DNA from: an uncultured Clostridia bacterium
GTDB taxonomy: Bacteria > Bacillota > Clostridia > Oscillospirales > Ruminococcaceae
Assembly (NCBI GenBank): GCA_945833805.1
Contig: CAMAGG010000001.1
Coordinates: 1 to 49,421, forward strand
DNA length: 49,421 bases
Direction: 5' to 3'
Of this stretch, positions 7,861 through 17,889 are shown piece after piece (positions within the stretch are counted from its first letter, which is position 1; each line of letters starts with the position of its first letter). The notes under the pieces were generated by a model. That model searched no databases and was not told the origin of the DNA. It saw only the letters and a list, made by a program, of their open reading frames with translations. The position numbers and the translations under genes are program-made.

Positions 7861-9171
7861 TTAGTTCTTTGCTGTTTTTTTAGCAGCCTTTTTTGTGGAC
7901 TTGCCCTTGTCATGCTCGATAACCGGCTCGCCTGTACCGTTTACGCAGTCAGCGGTTATTGTTATCCTGCTGATAGTTTCATCGCTGGGGGCGGTGAACA
8001 TGATGTCACGCAGCGTATGCTCAACGATAGAACGCAGACCTCTCGCGCCGGTTTTGCGCTCGATCGACTTCTTTGCGATAGCCTGAAGCGCCTCCGTCTG
8101 GAATTCAAGATCGATACCGTCCGCATTGAACAGGTACTTATACTGCTTGATAAGCGCGTTCTTCGGCTCATCCAGAATTCTCACCAGCGCGTCCTCGTCC
8201 AGTGCGTCAAGCACAGTGACCACCGGAAGTCTGCCGATAAGCTCCGGAATGATACCGAACTTCACCAGATCCTCCTGACTTACCTTGTGGAGGATTTTGT
8301 AGCTCTCCTTTTCTTTCTTGGAAGCTACCTCAGCCCCGAAGCCCATTGCCGAACTTGAAACTCTGGAAGCGATCATCTTCTCAAGACCCTCGAAAGCGCC
8401 GCCGCAGATAAACAGTATGTTCTTGGTATTGATCTGTATGAATTCCTGATGCGGGTGCTTTCTTCCGCCCTGCGGAGGTACGTTGGAAACTGTGCCCTCC
8501 ACGATCTTCAGCAGCGCCTGCTGAACGCCCTCGCCGCTTACGTCACGGGTGATCGAGGTGTTCTCGCTGCGGCGGGAGATCTTGTCGATCTCGTCGATGT
8601 AGATAATTCCGCGCTCCGCAGCCTCAATGTCATAATCCGCCGCCTGAATGAGTCTCAGAAGCACATTCTCAACGTCCTCGCCGACATAGCCCGCCTGAGT
8701 GAGCGTGGTCGCGTCCGCAATTGCAAACGGCACGTTAAGCAGCTTTGCAAGCGTCTGTGCAAGCATTGTTTTTCCGACGCCGGTCGGGCCTAACAGAAGC
8801 ACATTGCTCTTCTGAAGCTCCACCTCGTCGTCAGCCTCCTCGTCATTGAGGAATGTTCTCTTGTAGTGATTATACACGGACACGCTGAGGATCTTTTTAG
8901 CCTCCTCCTGTCCGATAATATACTGGTCAAGATATTCTTTTATCTCCTCCGGCTTCATCAGCTCGCTGCCGTTAGAAATAAAGCCGCCGGACTGCTTTCC
9001 GGCAGGTGCAGTCATGTAACCCGCCCCGGGTTTAATGTCCCCGCTTTCCACCAGCAGATTATACGAAGCCAGCACGCACTCGTTGCAAATAACGGAGTTC
9101 TCGCCCTTTCCTCCATACAGGATACGGCGAACTTTGTCCTCGCTCTTTCCGCAAAAGGAGCAAACCATCAT
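7861..9171 (-). CDS. clpX: ATP-dependent Clp protease ATP-binding subunit ClpX
   Basis: CSFC...CNEC zinc finger, [28 protein letters not shown]. Confidence 0.97.
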   Translation of the reverse strand: MMVCSFCGKSEDKVRRILYGGKGENSVICNECVLASYNLLVESGDIKPGAGYMTAPAGKQSGGFISNGSELMKPEEIKEYLDQYIIGQEEAKKILSVSVYNHYKRTFLNDEEADDEVELQKSNVLLLGPTGVGKTMLAQTLAKLLNVPFAIADATTLTQAGYVGEDVENVLLRLIQAADYDIEAAERGIIYIDEIDKISRRSENTSITRDVSGEGVQQALLKIVEGTVSNVPPQGGRKHPHQEFIQINTKNILFICGGAFEGLEKMIASRVSSSAMGFGAEVASKKEKESYKILHKVSQEDLVKFGIIPELIGRLPVVTVLDALDEDALVRILDEPKNALIKQYKYLFNADGIDLEFQTEALQAIAKKSIERKTGARGLRSIVEHTLRDIMFTAPSDETISRITITADCVNGTGEPVIEHDKGKSTKKAAKKTAKN

Positions 9172-9190
9172 AATCTCGTGTTCCTCTCAT

Positions 9191-9226
9191 AAAGAAGCGC
9201 ACGGAAAGCCTTACGCTCTCCGGCGC
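9191..9226 (-). terminator. Terminator-like hairpin between clpP and clpX
   Basis: Minus strand GCGC-CGGAGAGC-gtaa-GGCTTTCCG-t-GCGC followed by TTCTTT. Confidence 0.45.
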
Positions 9227-9233
9227 CAACATA

Positions 9234-9836
9234 TTACTTAATGTCGTTTCTGCTGCTGTAAACCTTGTCGATCAGACCGTATTCCAGAGCCTCCTGAGCT
9301 GACATGAAGTTGTCGCGCTCGGTATCGCGGCAGATAGTTTCGTAATCCTTGCCGGTATTATCGCTCAGAATGCGGTTCAGACGCTCCTTTGTCCTCTGGA
9401 GGTAGTTGGAGTGGATCATGATATCCGTTACCTGACCGGAAAGACCGTTGCCGGAAATGAGCGGCTGATGGATCATGATCTCGCTGTTTGGCAGAGCAAT
9501 TCTCTTGCCCTTTGCTCCGGAAGAAAGCAGAAATGCGCCCATAGAAGCAGCCATACCGGTGCAGATAGTGGAAACATCGCACTTGATGTACTGCATTGTG
9601 TCATAGATAGCCATGCCGTCAGATACAGAACCGCCCGGGCTGTTGATATAAAGGTAAATATCTTTATCCGGATCCTGACCCTCCAGATAAAGCAGCTCAG
9701 CAACTACAACACTCGCGGTTGCGGAGTTCACCTGATCATGAAGGAGAATTATTCTGTCATTGAGCAGTCTGGAGAAAATATCATAGGAACGCTCTCCGTG
9801 GTTGCTCTGCTCTACTACATAAGGAATATACGCCAT
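9234..9836 (-). CDS. clpP: ATP-dependent Clp protease proteolytic subunit
   Basis: [22 protein letters not shown] (Ser), IMIHQP (His), DTERDNF. Confidence 0.97.
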   Translation of the reverse strand: MAYIPYVVEQSNHGERSYDIFSRLLNDRIILLHDQVNSATASVVVAELLYLEGQDPDKDIYLYINSPGGSVSDGMAIYDTMQYIKCDVSTICTGMAASMGAFLLSSGAKGKRIALPNSEIMIHQPLISGNGLSGQVTDIMIHSNYLQRTKERLNRILSDNTGKDYETICRDTERDNFMSAQEALEYGLIDKVYSSRNDIK

Positions 9837-9902
9837 ATTGCTCCTTTCCCCGCTGATGCGGCTGCCATGAATATGGTATTTCTGTGGATTTATGGATACA
9901 TT

Positions 9903-9931
9903 TGCTGCCCCCGAATTACTCAGGGACAGCA
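9903..9931 (-). terminator. Hairpin downstream of tig (stabiliser or weak terminator)
   Basis: Minus strand TGCTGTCCCTG...CGGGGGCAGCA stem with no clear U tract. Confidence 0.35.
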
Positions 9932-9941
9932 GGACGCGGTC

Positions 9942-11225
9942 TTATTCAGTGACTTCCTCGATCTTTGCAGATTCGCGAACGAGGTCAAGAGCCTTCTCGA
10001 TCTTGAGGTCGTTCTTGATTGCGTCAGCGGGAATAGCAGACTTTACCTTCTCGATATCCATCTTGTACTGCTCAGCCATATCGGAATATTCCTTCTCAGC
10101 GTCGTCGTCTGTAACCTGAATATCCTCGATCGCTGCGATCTTCTCAAGAGCCAGACGGAGATCTACCTGACGCTTAGCTACCTCTGTGAAGTTAGCTCTG
10201 AACTGATCCATTGTAATGCCAGTGTACTTGAGGTAATCCTCAATGCTGATCCTGTTTCTTGAGCTCCACTCCCGTGCAATGTCGTCAACACGGCGCTGGT
10301 ACATAACCTGCGGAACCTCTGCGGTCATCTTGGTCAGCAGTGCGTCAACCAGAGCGTTGTCAAGGTTGGTGTCAGCCTCGTCAGCTGCGTTCTTCTCAAG
10401 ACGAGCCTTGATGTCTGCCTTGTATTCGTCAAGGGTATCAAACTCACTTACGTCCTTAACGAAATCGTCGTCAAGCTCCGGAAGCTCCTTAGCCTTGATC
10501 TCGTGCAGCTTGCACTTGAATACAGCAGGCTTGCCCTTGAGGTTTTCAGCCTGATAGTTCTCCGGGAATGTAACGTTTACGTCGAACTCCTCGCCGATGT
10601 TCTTGCCGACTACCTGATCCTCAAAGCCGGGGATAAAGGAGCCGCTGCCAAGCTCAAGCGGGAACTTCTCGCCCTTGCCGCCCTCGAAAGCAACTCCGTC
10701 AAGGAAGCCCTCAAAGTCGATAACTGCGGTGTCGCCCAGAACGGTAGCTCTGTCCTCAACGGAAATGCTTCTTGCGTTTCTGTTGCGAACCTTCTCGATC
10801 TCAGCGTCAACTGCCGCGTCATCAACAGTCTTGGTTGTTTTCTTAACTTCTAATCCCTTGTAGTCAGAAATTTCTACGACAGGCTTCGTGATAATGTCTG
10901 CCTTGAACTTAACACCGGTATCCTTGTTTACTTCAACGACCTCTGTGTTATCAACGTCAACTACCTCAAGACCGGTCTTTTCAACAACGGCTGCAATGTT
11001 CTGATTGTACAGGCTGTTTACTGCGTCCTCATAGAAAACGCCGGCGCCGTAATGAGTTTCGATGACCTTGCGGGGAGCCTTGCCCTTGCGGAAGCCGGGA
11101 ACGGTGATGTTCTTCTTTCTCTTGTTGTAAGCGGCAGAAATAGCGTTTTCAAACTCCTCTGCGCTGAAAGTGAACTCGATAGCATAGGTATTAGTCGCTG
11201 TGTTGTTCTGGGAAATGATCTCCAT
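9942..11225 (-). CDS. tig: Trigger factor
   Basis: GFRKGKAP ribosome-binding motif and FKBP domain (IDFEG...FIPGFEDQ). Start set at MEIISQ, 11225 (track extends to 11267). Confidence 0.95.
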   Translation of the reverse strand: MEIISQNNTATNTYAIEFTFSAEEFENAISAAYNKRKKNITVPGFRKGKAPRKVIETHYGAGVFYEDAVNSLYNQNIAAVVEKTGLEVVDVDNTEVVEVNKDTGVKFKADIITKPVVEISDYKGLEVKKTTKTVDDAAVDAEIEKVRNRNARSISVEDRATVLGDTAVIDFEGFLDGVAFEGGKGEKFPLELGSGSFIPGFEDQVVGKNIGEEFDVNVTFPENYQAENLKGKPAVFKCKLHEIKAKELPELDDDFVKDVSEFDTLDEYKADIKARLEKNAADEADTNLDNALVDALLTKMTAEVPQVMYQRRVDDIAREWSSRNRISIEDYLKYTGITMDQFRANFTEVAKRQVDLRLALEKIAAIEDIQVTDDDAEKEYSDMAEQYKMDIEKVKSAIPADAIKNDLKIEKALDLVRESAKIEEVTE

Positions 11226-11275
11226 GATATTTATTTTCCTTCCTTGTCCGTTAGGACTTATTTTCATACCCGCAA

Positions 11276-11968
11276 TTAAACGGGATTAATTAGTACCGGG
11301 TCAAAGCCCACACCGTCCGCAGAAACCAGACGGTAGTCTATTCCGTTTCTGACACCGTTGAGCGCGCCCTTTATGCTCGCACCGTGAAGATGCGCATAAT
11401 AGCACCGCTTAACGCCGTAACGCTGAAGGACGTCAGTCAGATAAACGTTTTCCTCCGCACGGTAGATCGGCGGATAATGTATAAATGCAACAAGCTCGCC
11501 TCCGAGCTTTACGCCCTCTTTAAGAGAAGCCTCCAGCCGTCCTGCTTCACGCAGCAGCACCTTCATATCAGGCGCTTCGCCGTTCTCTCTTATCCAGCCG
11601 CGGGTACCGCAGACCGAGATACCCTCACAAAGATAAGCGTTGTTGAACAGAAAGCGTATCGAGCTAAATCCGTTGGACTCCACAAAAGCGTTGATCTTGT
11701 TCATAGTTGACCACCACAGGTCGTGGTTGCCTTTAATGAAGATCTTACTGCCCCGCAGCCCTGAGTGAATGAACTCCAGATCCTTGTAGCTTTCCTCAAG
11801 CTTCAGCGCCCATGAATGGTCGCCCAGCAGCACCACTGTATCGTCGTCGGTGATCTTGCTGTTCCAGTTTGATTGCAGCCGTTCAAGGTATTTGCTCCAC
11901 CCCGAGAAAATATCCATCGGCTTGTCGCAGCCCAGTGAAAGATGAAGGTCGCCTATTGTGTAAAGCAA
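11276..11968 (-). CDS. Calcineurin-like metallophosphoesterase
   Basis: GDLHLS, LGD, KGNHD, HYPP, AHLH motifs. Confidence 0.85.
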   Translation of the reverse strand: MLYTIGDLHLSLGCDKPMDIFSGWSKYLERLQSNWNSKITDDDTVVLLGDHSWALKLEESYKDLEFIHSGLRGSKIFIKGNHDLWWSTMNKINAFVESNGFSSIRFLFNNAYLCEGISVCGTRGWIRENGEAPDMKVLLREAGRLEASLKEGVKLGGELVAFIHYPPIYRAEENVYLTDVLQRYGVKRCYYAHLHGASIKGALNGVRNGIDYRLVSADGVGFDPVLINPV

Positions 11969-11988
11969 TGTCAGCCTCCCTGCGTTTA

Positions 11989-13479
11989 TCAGGAATTAAG
12001 GAACTTGCACACTACCTCCGGCATCTTCTGCTTTTCAACAGTGCCGGTGAAGCGGATCGCCTTGTCCTTTGTCGCAGCCAGAGGAGCAGGCATCTTTGTG
12101 CCGGTCTTTACTTCAAGCTCGGCAATATTCTGCCACTCATCGCCTGAAACTGTGCCTCCGACTGCTTCGTAAACCGCACCGCTGAACTTGTAGGGGTTCG
12201 CGGTGGAAGCAATGACTGTCTTGGTCTGGTCGCCGGTAGCCTTCTTGTAATCCTCGTAAACCTTAGCCGCAACAGCGGTGTGTGTATCCAGTAGATAGTT
12301 GTAGCTCTCAAAGGTGGACTTGATCTCCGCCTTGGTTTCGTCATCATTGCAGCAGCCAGCCCAGAACAGATCATCGATCTTAGCCTTTACATCAGCGGAG
12401 ATCTCATATCTGCCCTCGGTCTTGAGCTTGCCGAACCATTCGTTGATAACAGCGTCATTCTCGCCGGACAGGTGGTACAGCAGACGCTCCAGATTAGAGG
12501 AGATCAGAATATCCATAGACGGAGAAACCGTTGTATAGAACTTTCTGTTTCTGTCGTAAACGCCGGTGTTGATGAAATCAGTCAGCACGTTGTTGCTGTT
12601 GGAAGCGCAGATCAGCTTGTTTACAGGAATACCCATCAGCTTAGCGTAGTAAGCCGCAAGAATATTTCCGAAATTGCCGGTGGGAACAACAATGTTGATC
12701 TTCTCGCCGAACTCGATCTCCTTGTTCTTGAGAAGCTCCGCATAAGTAGATACATAGTAAACGATCTGCGGCGCAAGTCTGCCCCAGTTAATGGAGTTTG
12801 CGCTGGACAGCAGTATGTTGTTCTTCGCAAGTCTATCCGCGATAGTCTTGTCGGTGAAGATAGCCTTTACGCCGTTCTGGCAGTCGTCAAAGTTGCCCTT
12901 GACCGCGCAGACATTGACATTCTTACCCTCCTGAGTGGTCATCTGACGCTTCTGCATCTGGCTTACTCCGTCCTCAGGGTAGAAAACGGAAATGCTCGTG
13001 CCGTCAACGTCCTTGAAGCCCTCAAGCGCAGCCTTTCCGGTATCGCCTGAAGTCGCTACCAGAATAGCGATCTGCTTGCCGTCAACAGTTTTCTTTGCAG
13101 ATGTAGTCAGCAGATACGGCAGGATCTGAAGCGCCATATCCTTGAACGCGCAAGTCGGACCGTGCCACAGCTCCAGAACATAAGTACCGGGAATGAGCTT
13201 AGCCAGCTCCGCGATATTGTCTGAATCAAAGTTCTTGTCGTTGTAGGCAGAATTCACGCAGTGACGGATCTCGTCAGGTGTGAAGTCAGTCAGCAGACGG
13301 CTGAAAACCTCAAACGCTCTGTCAGCATAGCTCATATCGCACATCGCAAGGATCTCGTCCTTTGACAGCTGAGGAATGCTCTCGGGAACGTACAGACCGC
13401 CCTCATCGGAAAGTCCCTTAGTGATAGCGTGTGCGCTCGTCACCTTCAGAGCGGAATTTCTCGTGCTTCTGTAATTCAT
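11989..13479 (-). CDS. thrC: Threonine synthase
   Basis: YRSTR, ELWHGPTCAFKD (PLP lysine), ATSGDTG, SANSINWGR, VPTGNFGN, SPSMDI. Confidence 0.95.
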   Translation of the reverse strand: MNYRSTRNSALKVTSAHAITKGLSDEGGLYVPESIPQLSKDEILAMCDMSYADRAFEVFSRLLTDFTPDEIRHCVNSAYNDKNFDSDNIAELAKLIPGTYVLELWHGPTCAFKDMALQILPYLLTTSAKKTVDGKQIAILVATSGDTGKAALEGFKDVDGTSISVFYPEDGVSQMQKRQMTTQEGKNVNVCAVKGNFDDCQNGVKAIFTDKTIADRLAKNNILLSSANSINWGRLAPQIVYYVSTYAELLKNKEIEFGEKINIVVPTGNFGNILAAYYAKLMGIPVNKLICASNSNNVLTDFINTGVYDRNRKFYTTVSPSMDILISSNLERLLYHLSGENDAVINEWFGKLKTEGRYEISADVKAKIDDLFWAGCCNDDETKAEIKSTFESYNYLLDTHTAVAAKVYEDYKKATGDQTKTVIASTANPYKFSGAVYEAVGGTVSGDEWQNIAELEVKTGTKMPAPLAATKDKAIRFTGTVEKQKMPEVVCKFLNS

Positions 13480-13516
13480 TTATGTTTCGTCCTTTCGTAA
13501 GACTGATTTATGGAAT

Positions 13517-13909
13517 TCAGTTTACTGTATAAATACCGTCGGCGGTGAATGCGTCCTCATAGATTTCTATGCCGACCACTCTCGGAATACTCCCCGTCAA
13601 CGTTACCTCGGCGATATCGTACCTCGGCTGAAGCCCGGTATCATGCTCGGAAAGCCAGATATCAGCGGTACGGACTATCCTAGCCTGCTTGCGGCGATCA
13701 ACCGCCTCAAGCCCGGATACCATGCTGTTCCGCTTTCTCGATTTCACCTCGGTAAAAACCACAAAACCGCCGCATTTCGAGATAATGTCTATCTCCCCGC
13801 AGCGTCTGCGGTAATTTCTCTCTATGATCTCATGACCTCTCTGCTGAAGCCTGAGGCACACGGCGTCTTCGCCGAGCCTGCCCTTTTCCTGCTTGTCACA
13901 GCTATTCAT
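13517..13909 (-). CDS. YraN family PD-(D/E)xK putative endonuclease
   Basis: GRLGE, ERNYR, GEIDII, FTEVKSR; usual position after rnhB. Start at 13909 (track 13927). Confidence 0.88.
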   Translation of the reverse strand: MNSCDKQEKGRLGEDAVCLRLQQRGHEIIERNYRRRCGEIDIISKCGGFVVFTEVKSRKRNSMVSGLEAVDRRKQARIVRTADIWLSEHDTGLQPRYDIAEVTLTGSIPRVVGIEIYEDAFTADGIYTVN

Positions 13910-14579
13910 GAGCCGCCTTCTTTTCAAAAAACTTCTTGAAGAAAGACTTTCTGTGTATCTCGCACAGCCCGTACTGCTCCACCGCCGCGTAATGCGCTTT
14001 GGTGCCGTACCCCTTGTGCTTGTCGAAGCCGTACTGCGGATATATCTCCGCCATCTGCTTCATATATCTGTCCCTTGCCACCTTTGCAAGTATCGAGGCG
14101 GCGGCAATACTCGCGGATCTCGCGTCGCCCTTGATAACATACCGCATTTCGGCATTGATCTCCGGCAGTTGGTTTCCGTCCACAAGCACGATCCCGGCGG
14201 GCATTCCAAGCCCGTTATAGGCTCTCTCCATCGCCCGGAAATCCGCCTGTAAGATGTTCAGCGTTTCGATCTCCTCAACGCTCGCCCTTGCAATGCAGTA
14301 AGCCCGCGCCTTTGAACAGATCTCGTCAAACAGCAGCTCCCGCTTCTTTTCAGTAAGCTTCTTGCTGTCGTTTATTCCCTCAATGACAGTACCCTCGTCA
14401 AGGATAACCGCCGCTGCAAACACATCTCCGGCTAGAGGACCTCGCCCCGCCTCGTCAATGCCGCATACAACGCCGTATTCCTTTCGGATATTGCTGTCAA
14501 AGCCGTAAAGATCAGGCTCCGGTTCGTCCATGAGAGTGAGCTGTTCAAACTCCGGGTCTTTCGAGGGTGATCTTGCCAA
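13902..14579 (-). CDS. rnhB: Ribonuclease HII
   Basis: GIDEAGRGPLAG, DSKKL, VDGN, SIAAASILAKV, HKGYGT. TTG start at 14579 after GAGGTG (the track start at 14693 overlaps ylqF). Confidence 0.93.
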   Translation of the reverse strand: MARSPSKDPEFEQLTLMDEPEPDLYGFDSNIRKEYGVVCGIDEAGRGPLAGDVFAAAVILDEGTVIEGINDSKKLTEKKRELLFDEICSKARAYCIARASVEEIETLNILQADFRAMERAYNGLGMPAGIVLVDGNQLPEINAEMRYVIKGDARSASIAAASILAKVARDRYMKQMAEIYPQYGFDKHKGYGTKAHYAAVEQYGLCEIHRKSFFKKFFEKKAAHE

Positions 14580-15393
14580 TTCTGCCACCTCTGTATTCGT
14601 CAAGCAGCGCGGCGGCCGCCCGCTCGGTGTCCGGTTCTCCGCCGGAAATAAGCATTCCGCGGGATCTCGCGATATCCCTAAGGATATCTTCATCTCCGGT
14701 AAGCTTGTACCGCGCGTTCAGCAGCTCCGGATACTGCTCCCGGAGTACCGCCCCCAAAGCCCTTGCAAGCGCTTCGGTGTCCATTACGTCGTCTTTTATC
14801 GCCCCAGTGAAAGCCAACCTCTGCGCCGCGATCTGGTCGTCGAATTTCGGCCAGAGTATACCCGGCATATCCAGAAGCTCCACGTCCTTGTCAATGGAAA
14901 CCCACTGCTTTCCGCGGGTAACTCCCGGTCGGTCGCCCACCTTGGTTTTCTTGGTTTTCGCCATTCTGTTTATGAACGAACTTTTGCCTACATTGGGAAT
15001 TCCCACAACCATCAGCCGCAGCGCCTTGCCGACCATTCCGCGCTTTTTCCGGCGCTCGATCAGCTCCGCCAACAGCGTCTTGACCTCCGGTAGGAAACGG
15101 TTCAGACCCTTTCCGCTCCGGCAGTCGCAGGTGAGAACGCGAATGCCCTTTTTCTCGTAGAACTGCTTCCACGCTCTTGTGGCATTGTCGTCCGCATAAT
15201 CGCATTTGTTCATAAGAATAATGCGGGGCTTATCCTTCACCAGCTCGTCCAGAATAGGATTTCTGCTGCTTTCTGGAATTCTTGCGTCCGTGATCTCCAC
15301 CACCGCGTCAACCATTTTGAGGTCAGCCTCGATCAGCCGACGTGTCTTGGTCATGTGACCGGGAAACCACTGGATATTTCCTACATCATTCAT
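14545..15393 (-). CDS. ylqF: Ribosome biogenesis GTPase YlqF/RbgA
   Basis: IQWFPGHM, DARIP, NKCD, GIPNVGKSS, DMPG. Confidence 0.95.
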   Translation of the reverse strand: MNDVGNIQWFPGHMTKTRRLIEADLKMVDAVVEITDARIPESSRNPILDELVKDKPRIILMNKCDYADDNATRAWKQFYEKKGIRVLTCDCRSGKGLNRFLPEVKTLLAELIERRKKRGMVGKALRLMVVGIPNVGKSSFINRMAKTKKTKVGDRPGVTRGKQWVSIDKDVELLDMPGILWPKFDDQIAAQRLAFTGAIKDDVMDTEALARALGAVLREQYPELLNARYKLTGDEDILRDIARSRGMLISGGEPDTERAAAALLDEYRGGRIGKITLERPGV

Positions 15394-16055
15394 AGCAAAG
15401 TAAACTTATCGAATGGGAACAGGCGCACAAACGCTCTTCCCATTATTAAATCTGTGTCAACGTCGCCGATATAAAGACTGCGGCTGTCGAGTGACCTATT
15501 TCTGTTGTCGCCCATTACGAAAACGCAGTTTTCCGGCACGATATGCTCCTCACCGGAATGTCTGTCCTCCGAAGCAAGCGTAGGAGCAGCGATGTAGTCC
15601 TCCTCAAGCAGCTCGAACTCCTGCTCGCCTGCCTTTTTGAGATAAACCTCGCCGTTCTCGAAATCAAACTTGATAGTATCGCCTGCAAGTGCGATAACGC
15701 GCTTGATTATCGGCTCTCCGTACTTTCTGGTGTTCTGATTCTGAACCTTATCCGCCTGAAGAACTACGATATCGCCCCTCTGCGGAGTATAGAAGAAGTT
15801 TGTGGAAAGCACCCTGTCCTGATCCTGAAGCGTATTCATCATCGATTCGCCGTCAACGGTGATCGACCGGAACACGAACAGATTCAACAGCAGCATTGCA
15901 AGAACTGCGTACACAAGGCTTCCAGCCCATTCCAGTGCGCCGGAAAAGGGCTTCTGCGGTTCTTCCTCCTTCTTGCCCTTTTTCTTGGGCTTTTCGGATT
16001 CAGAAACAGCGTTTTCCTGTGTTTTCAGTTCTTCCAGATTCTCGTTTTCAGACAT
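15390..16055 (-). CDS. lepB: Signal peptidase I
   Basis: TM segment, GESM (Ser), IKRVIA (Lys), GDNRNRSLDSR. Confidence 0.93.
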   Translation of the reverse strand: MSENENLEELKTQENAVSESEKPKKKGKKEEEPQKPFSGALEWAGSLVYAVLAMLLLNLFVFRSITVDGESMMNTLQDQDRVLSTNFFYTPQRGDIVVLQADKVQNQNTRKYGEPIIKRVIALAGDTIKFDFENGEVYLKKAGEQEFELLEEDYIAAPTLASEDRHSGEEHIVPENCVFVMGDNRNRSLDSRSLYIGDVDTDLIMGRAFVRLFPFDKFTLL

Positions 16056-16086
16056 TGCACATACTCTTTCTCAATATCCACACTAA

Positions 16087-16104
16087 GCCCCGCCGAAGCG
16101 GAGC
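16087..16104 (-). terminator. Stable cUUCGg hairpin downstream of rplS
   Basis: Minus strand GCTCCGC-TTCG-GCGGGGC with a weak U tail. Confidence 0.4.
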
Positions 16105-16138
16105 ATTGCGTGAATGGGGGGATCGGTCTGACCTCAGA

Positions 16139-16480
16139 TCAAACCTTGGACTTAACCTTAGCAGCCTTGCCGACTCTGTCACGGAGATAGTAGAGCTTAG
16201 CTCTGCGAACCTTACCGTTTCTTACCAGCTCAACCTTTTCAACTGTCGGTGAGTGCAGCGGGAATACTCTTTCGATGCCTACGCCGTGTGCAACACGTCT
16301 TACAGTAAAGGTCTCGTTGATGCCGCCGTGCTTCTTAGCGATAACAGTTCCCTCAAAAACCTGAATACGGAACTTCTCGCCTTCCTTGATTCTTACGTGA
16401 ACCTTAACGAGATCGCCGACCTCGATCACGGGAGCCTCAGCCTTCATGCTGCTCTGCTCAATGAGTTTTAATGCGTCCAT
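16139..16480 (-). CDS. rplS: 50S ribosomal protein L19
   Basis: [30 protein letters not shown]. Confidence 0.98.
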   Translation of the reverse strand: MDALKLIEQSSMKAEAPVIEVGDLVKVHVRIKEGEKFRIQVFEGTVIAKKHGGINETFTVRRVAHGVGIERVFPLHSPTVEKVELVRNGKVRRAKLYYLRDRVGKAAKVKSKV

Positions 16481-16499
16481 ATTTTTCCTCCTGATTTTT

Positions 16500-16589
16500 C
16501 GGATATTCTTGAAACCGACTTATTCGAGCGCAAATGCGCCAGAGCATATACAGGATTCTCACCCAGCCCTGATAACAGCGGACTATCCG
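16500..16589 (-). ncRNA. L19 leader-like cis-regulatory RNA with an enlarged variable region
   Basis: Minus strand CGGAUAGUCCGCUG ... AAGAAUAUCCG just before the rplS SD. Resembles the Firmicute L19_leader core (UCCGCUG / GAA internal loop) as recalled. Confidence 0.6.
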
Positions 16590-16670
16590 TTTTTAATGTT
16601 TGGCTTAACGCCGCGCATTAACACACATTATCCTGCACAAGACAGAATAACGGATACTAAATGCTTTAAT

Positions 16671-16699
16671 ATTATACCATCTTTTAAGCAAAAAATCAA
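16671..16699 (-). promoter_or_regulatory. SigA promoter of the rplS operon
   Basis: TTGATT-N17-TATAAT with TGG extension. Confidence 0.75.
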
Positions 16700-16732
16700 G
16701 AGCTTTTTTGAGATAATTTCATACAAATTCGC

Positions 16733-17821
16733 CTAAAATCCCAGATTTTTTATGTACAATTCGTTGAAATCCTCATTGACCCGCTCTGAAACGTCCTCCG
16801 CGTCCGCGCAAAGCAGTTCAAGCCTGTCCAGAAGATCAGGGTCGGTAAGGCAGGCTATAATCCCCTGCTCTCCGGGACATCTGTTCCAGCCGTACTTCTC
16901 AGCAAGCCCCGGCGGGACTGCGCCAAGCTCCGCCATAAGTCCCGCGCCGCGTTCAGAGCCGAAAGCTTCTCCGGAAATAATTGCCCGGCAGGTTCGTCCG
17001 CATTCCCGCCCGAAAAGCTCCAGAGCCGCCCGGCAGGCTGCCTTGTCCGACTGAACTGCCCTCACGTCCTGCTGAGAAATGTAATAGTCCTCGCCGATGT
17101 AAAACAGATCACGGTCGGTCATAATTCCGTCCCGGTCAATAACTCCGCAGTCCAGCATGAGTTTCACCGCATTTACCGCCGCCGGCGCGGAAATCCCCAT
17201 GCTGTCACCGTCGCCGATAACGCTGTAACAGATAGTTCCGTCCGGTTCCCGGCTAAGCTCGTCAATAGCGCCGGATTCCAGCGGCATTCCGCTTTCCAGT
17301 CCGCAGCCATCAAGCCCGCCCTTCAATGGCATGAACATATATTTAATTCGGTTGTCTGAGAAAGCCGCCGCCCGAAATCCGCCGGTGATATCCGCCGCCA
17401 GCACGCTGCCCTCCTGCTGCATTGCCGCCGCCATAACTGCGGCGAAATCCCCGCCCAACGCAGCGCTTATCATCGGCAGGATAACAAGTTCCACGTCCGG
17501 CGGCAGAAACAGGTCTGTCGGAGATATCATCTCCTCGATAAGCATTGTGATATCCGCTGGAGCGGCAAAACCAAGCTTTTTCACCGCATTTCCGGGAGTG
17601 CCGCTTTCCCTCATCAACCGCATGATAACACCGCCGACGGATGCCACAGCGTTGTCCAGACCTATGGTGATTCCGAACTGAACGCACCGGGCATATCTTC
17701 TGTTAAGTGTCATATCATACAGCACTGCGCTGACAGAATGCCTTGTTATGTACACCGCAAGGGAAAGGTCATTACTGCGCTCGCTGCGGTATTTCTCGAA
17801 AATGGTGCGTTCATTTACCAT
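16733..17821 (-). CDS. Degenerate RACo / DUF4445 (ASKHA) family protein lacking the 2Fe-2S domain
   Basis: LPMISAALGGD, SGMPLESGAI, VIGDGDSMGIS, LDCGVIDRDG, SQQDVRAVQSDKAA and GEAFGS align in order with RACo motifs. Confidence 0.7.
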   Translation of the reverse strand: MVNERTIFEKYRSERSNDLSLAVYITRHSVSAVLYDMTLNRRYARCVQFGITIGLDNAVASVGGVIMRLMRESGTPGNAVKKLGFAAPADITMLIEEMISPTDLFLPPDVELVILPMISAALGGDFAAVMAAAMQQEGSVLAADITGGFRAAAFSDNRIKYMFMPLKGGLDGCGLESGMPLESGAIDELSREPDGTICYSVIGDGDSMGISAPAAVNAVKLMLDCGVIDRDGIMTDRDLFYIGEDYYISQQDVRAVQSDKAACRAALELFGRECGRTCRAIISGEAFGSERGAGLMAELGAVPPGLAEKYGWNRCPGEQGIIACLTDPDLLDRLELLCADAEDVSERVNEDFNELYIKNLGF

Positions 17822-17889
17822 AGTTCCTCCGTATAAACGTCCTCCGGCGAAATCTATTTTTGACGATAAATTACACTTTATTATTCTAA

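Noticed and set aside
14580-14693. 38-aa N-terminal extension of rnhB in the ORF track
   Set aside because: Overlaps ylqF coding sequence; an RBS-supported TTG start exists at 14579.
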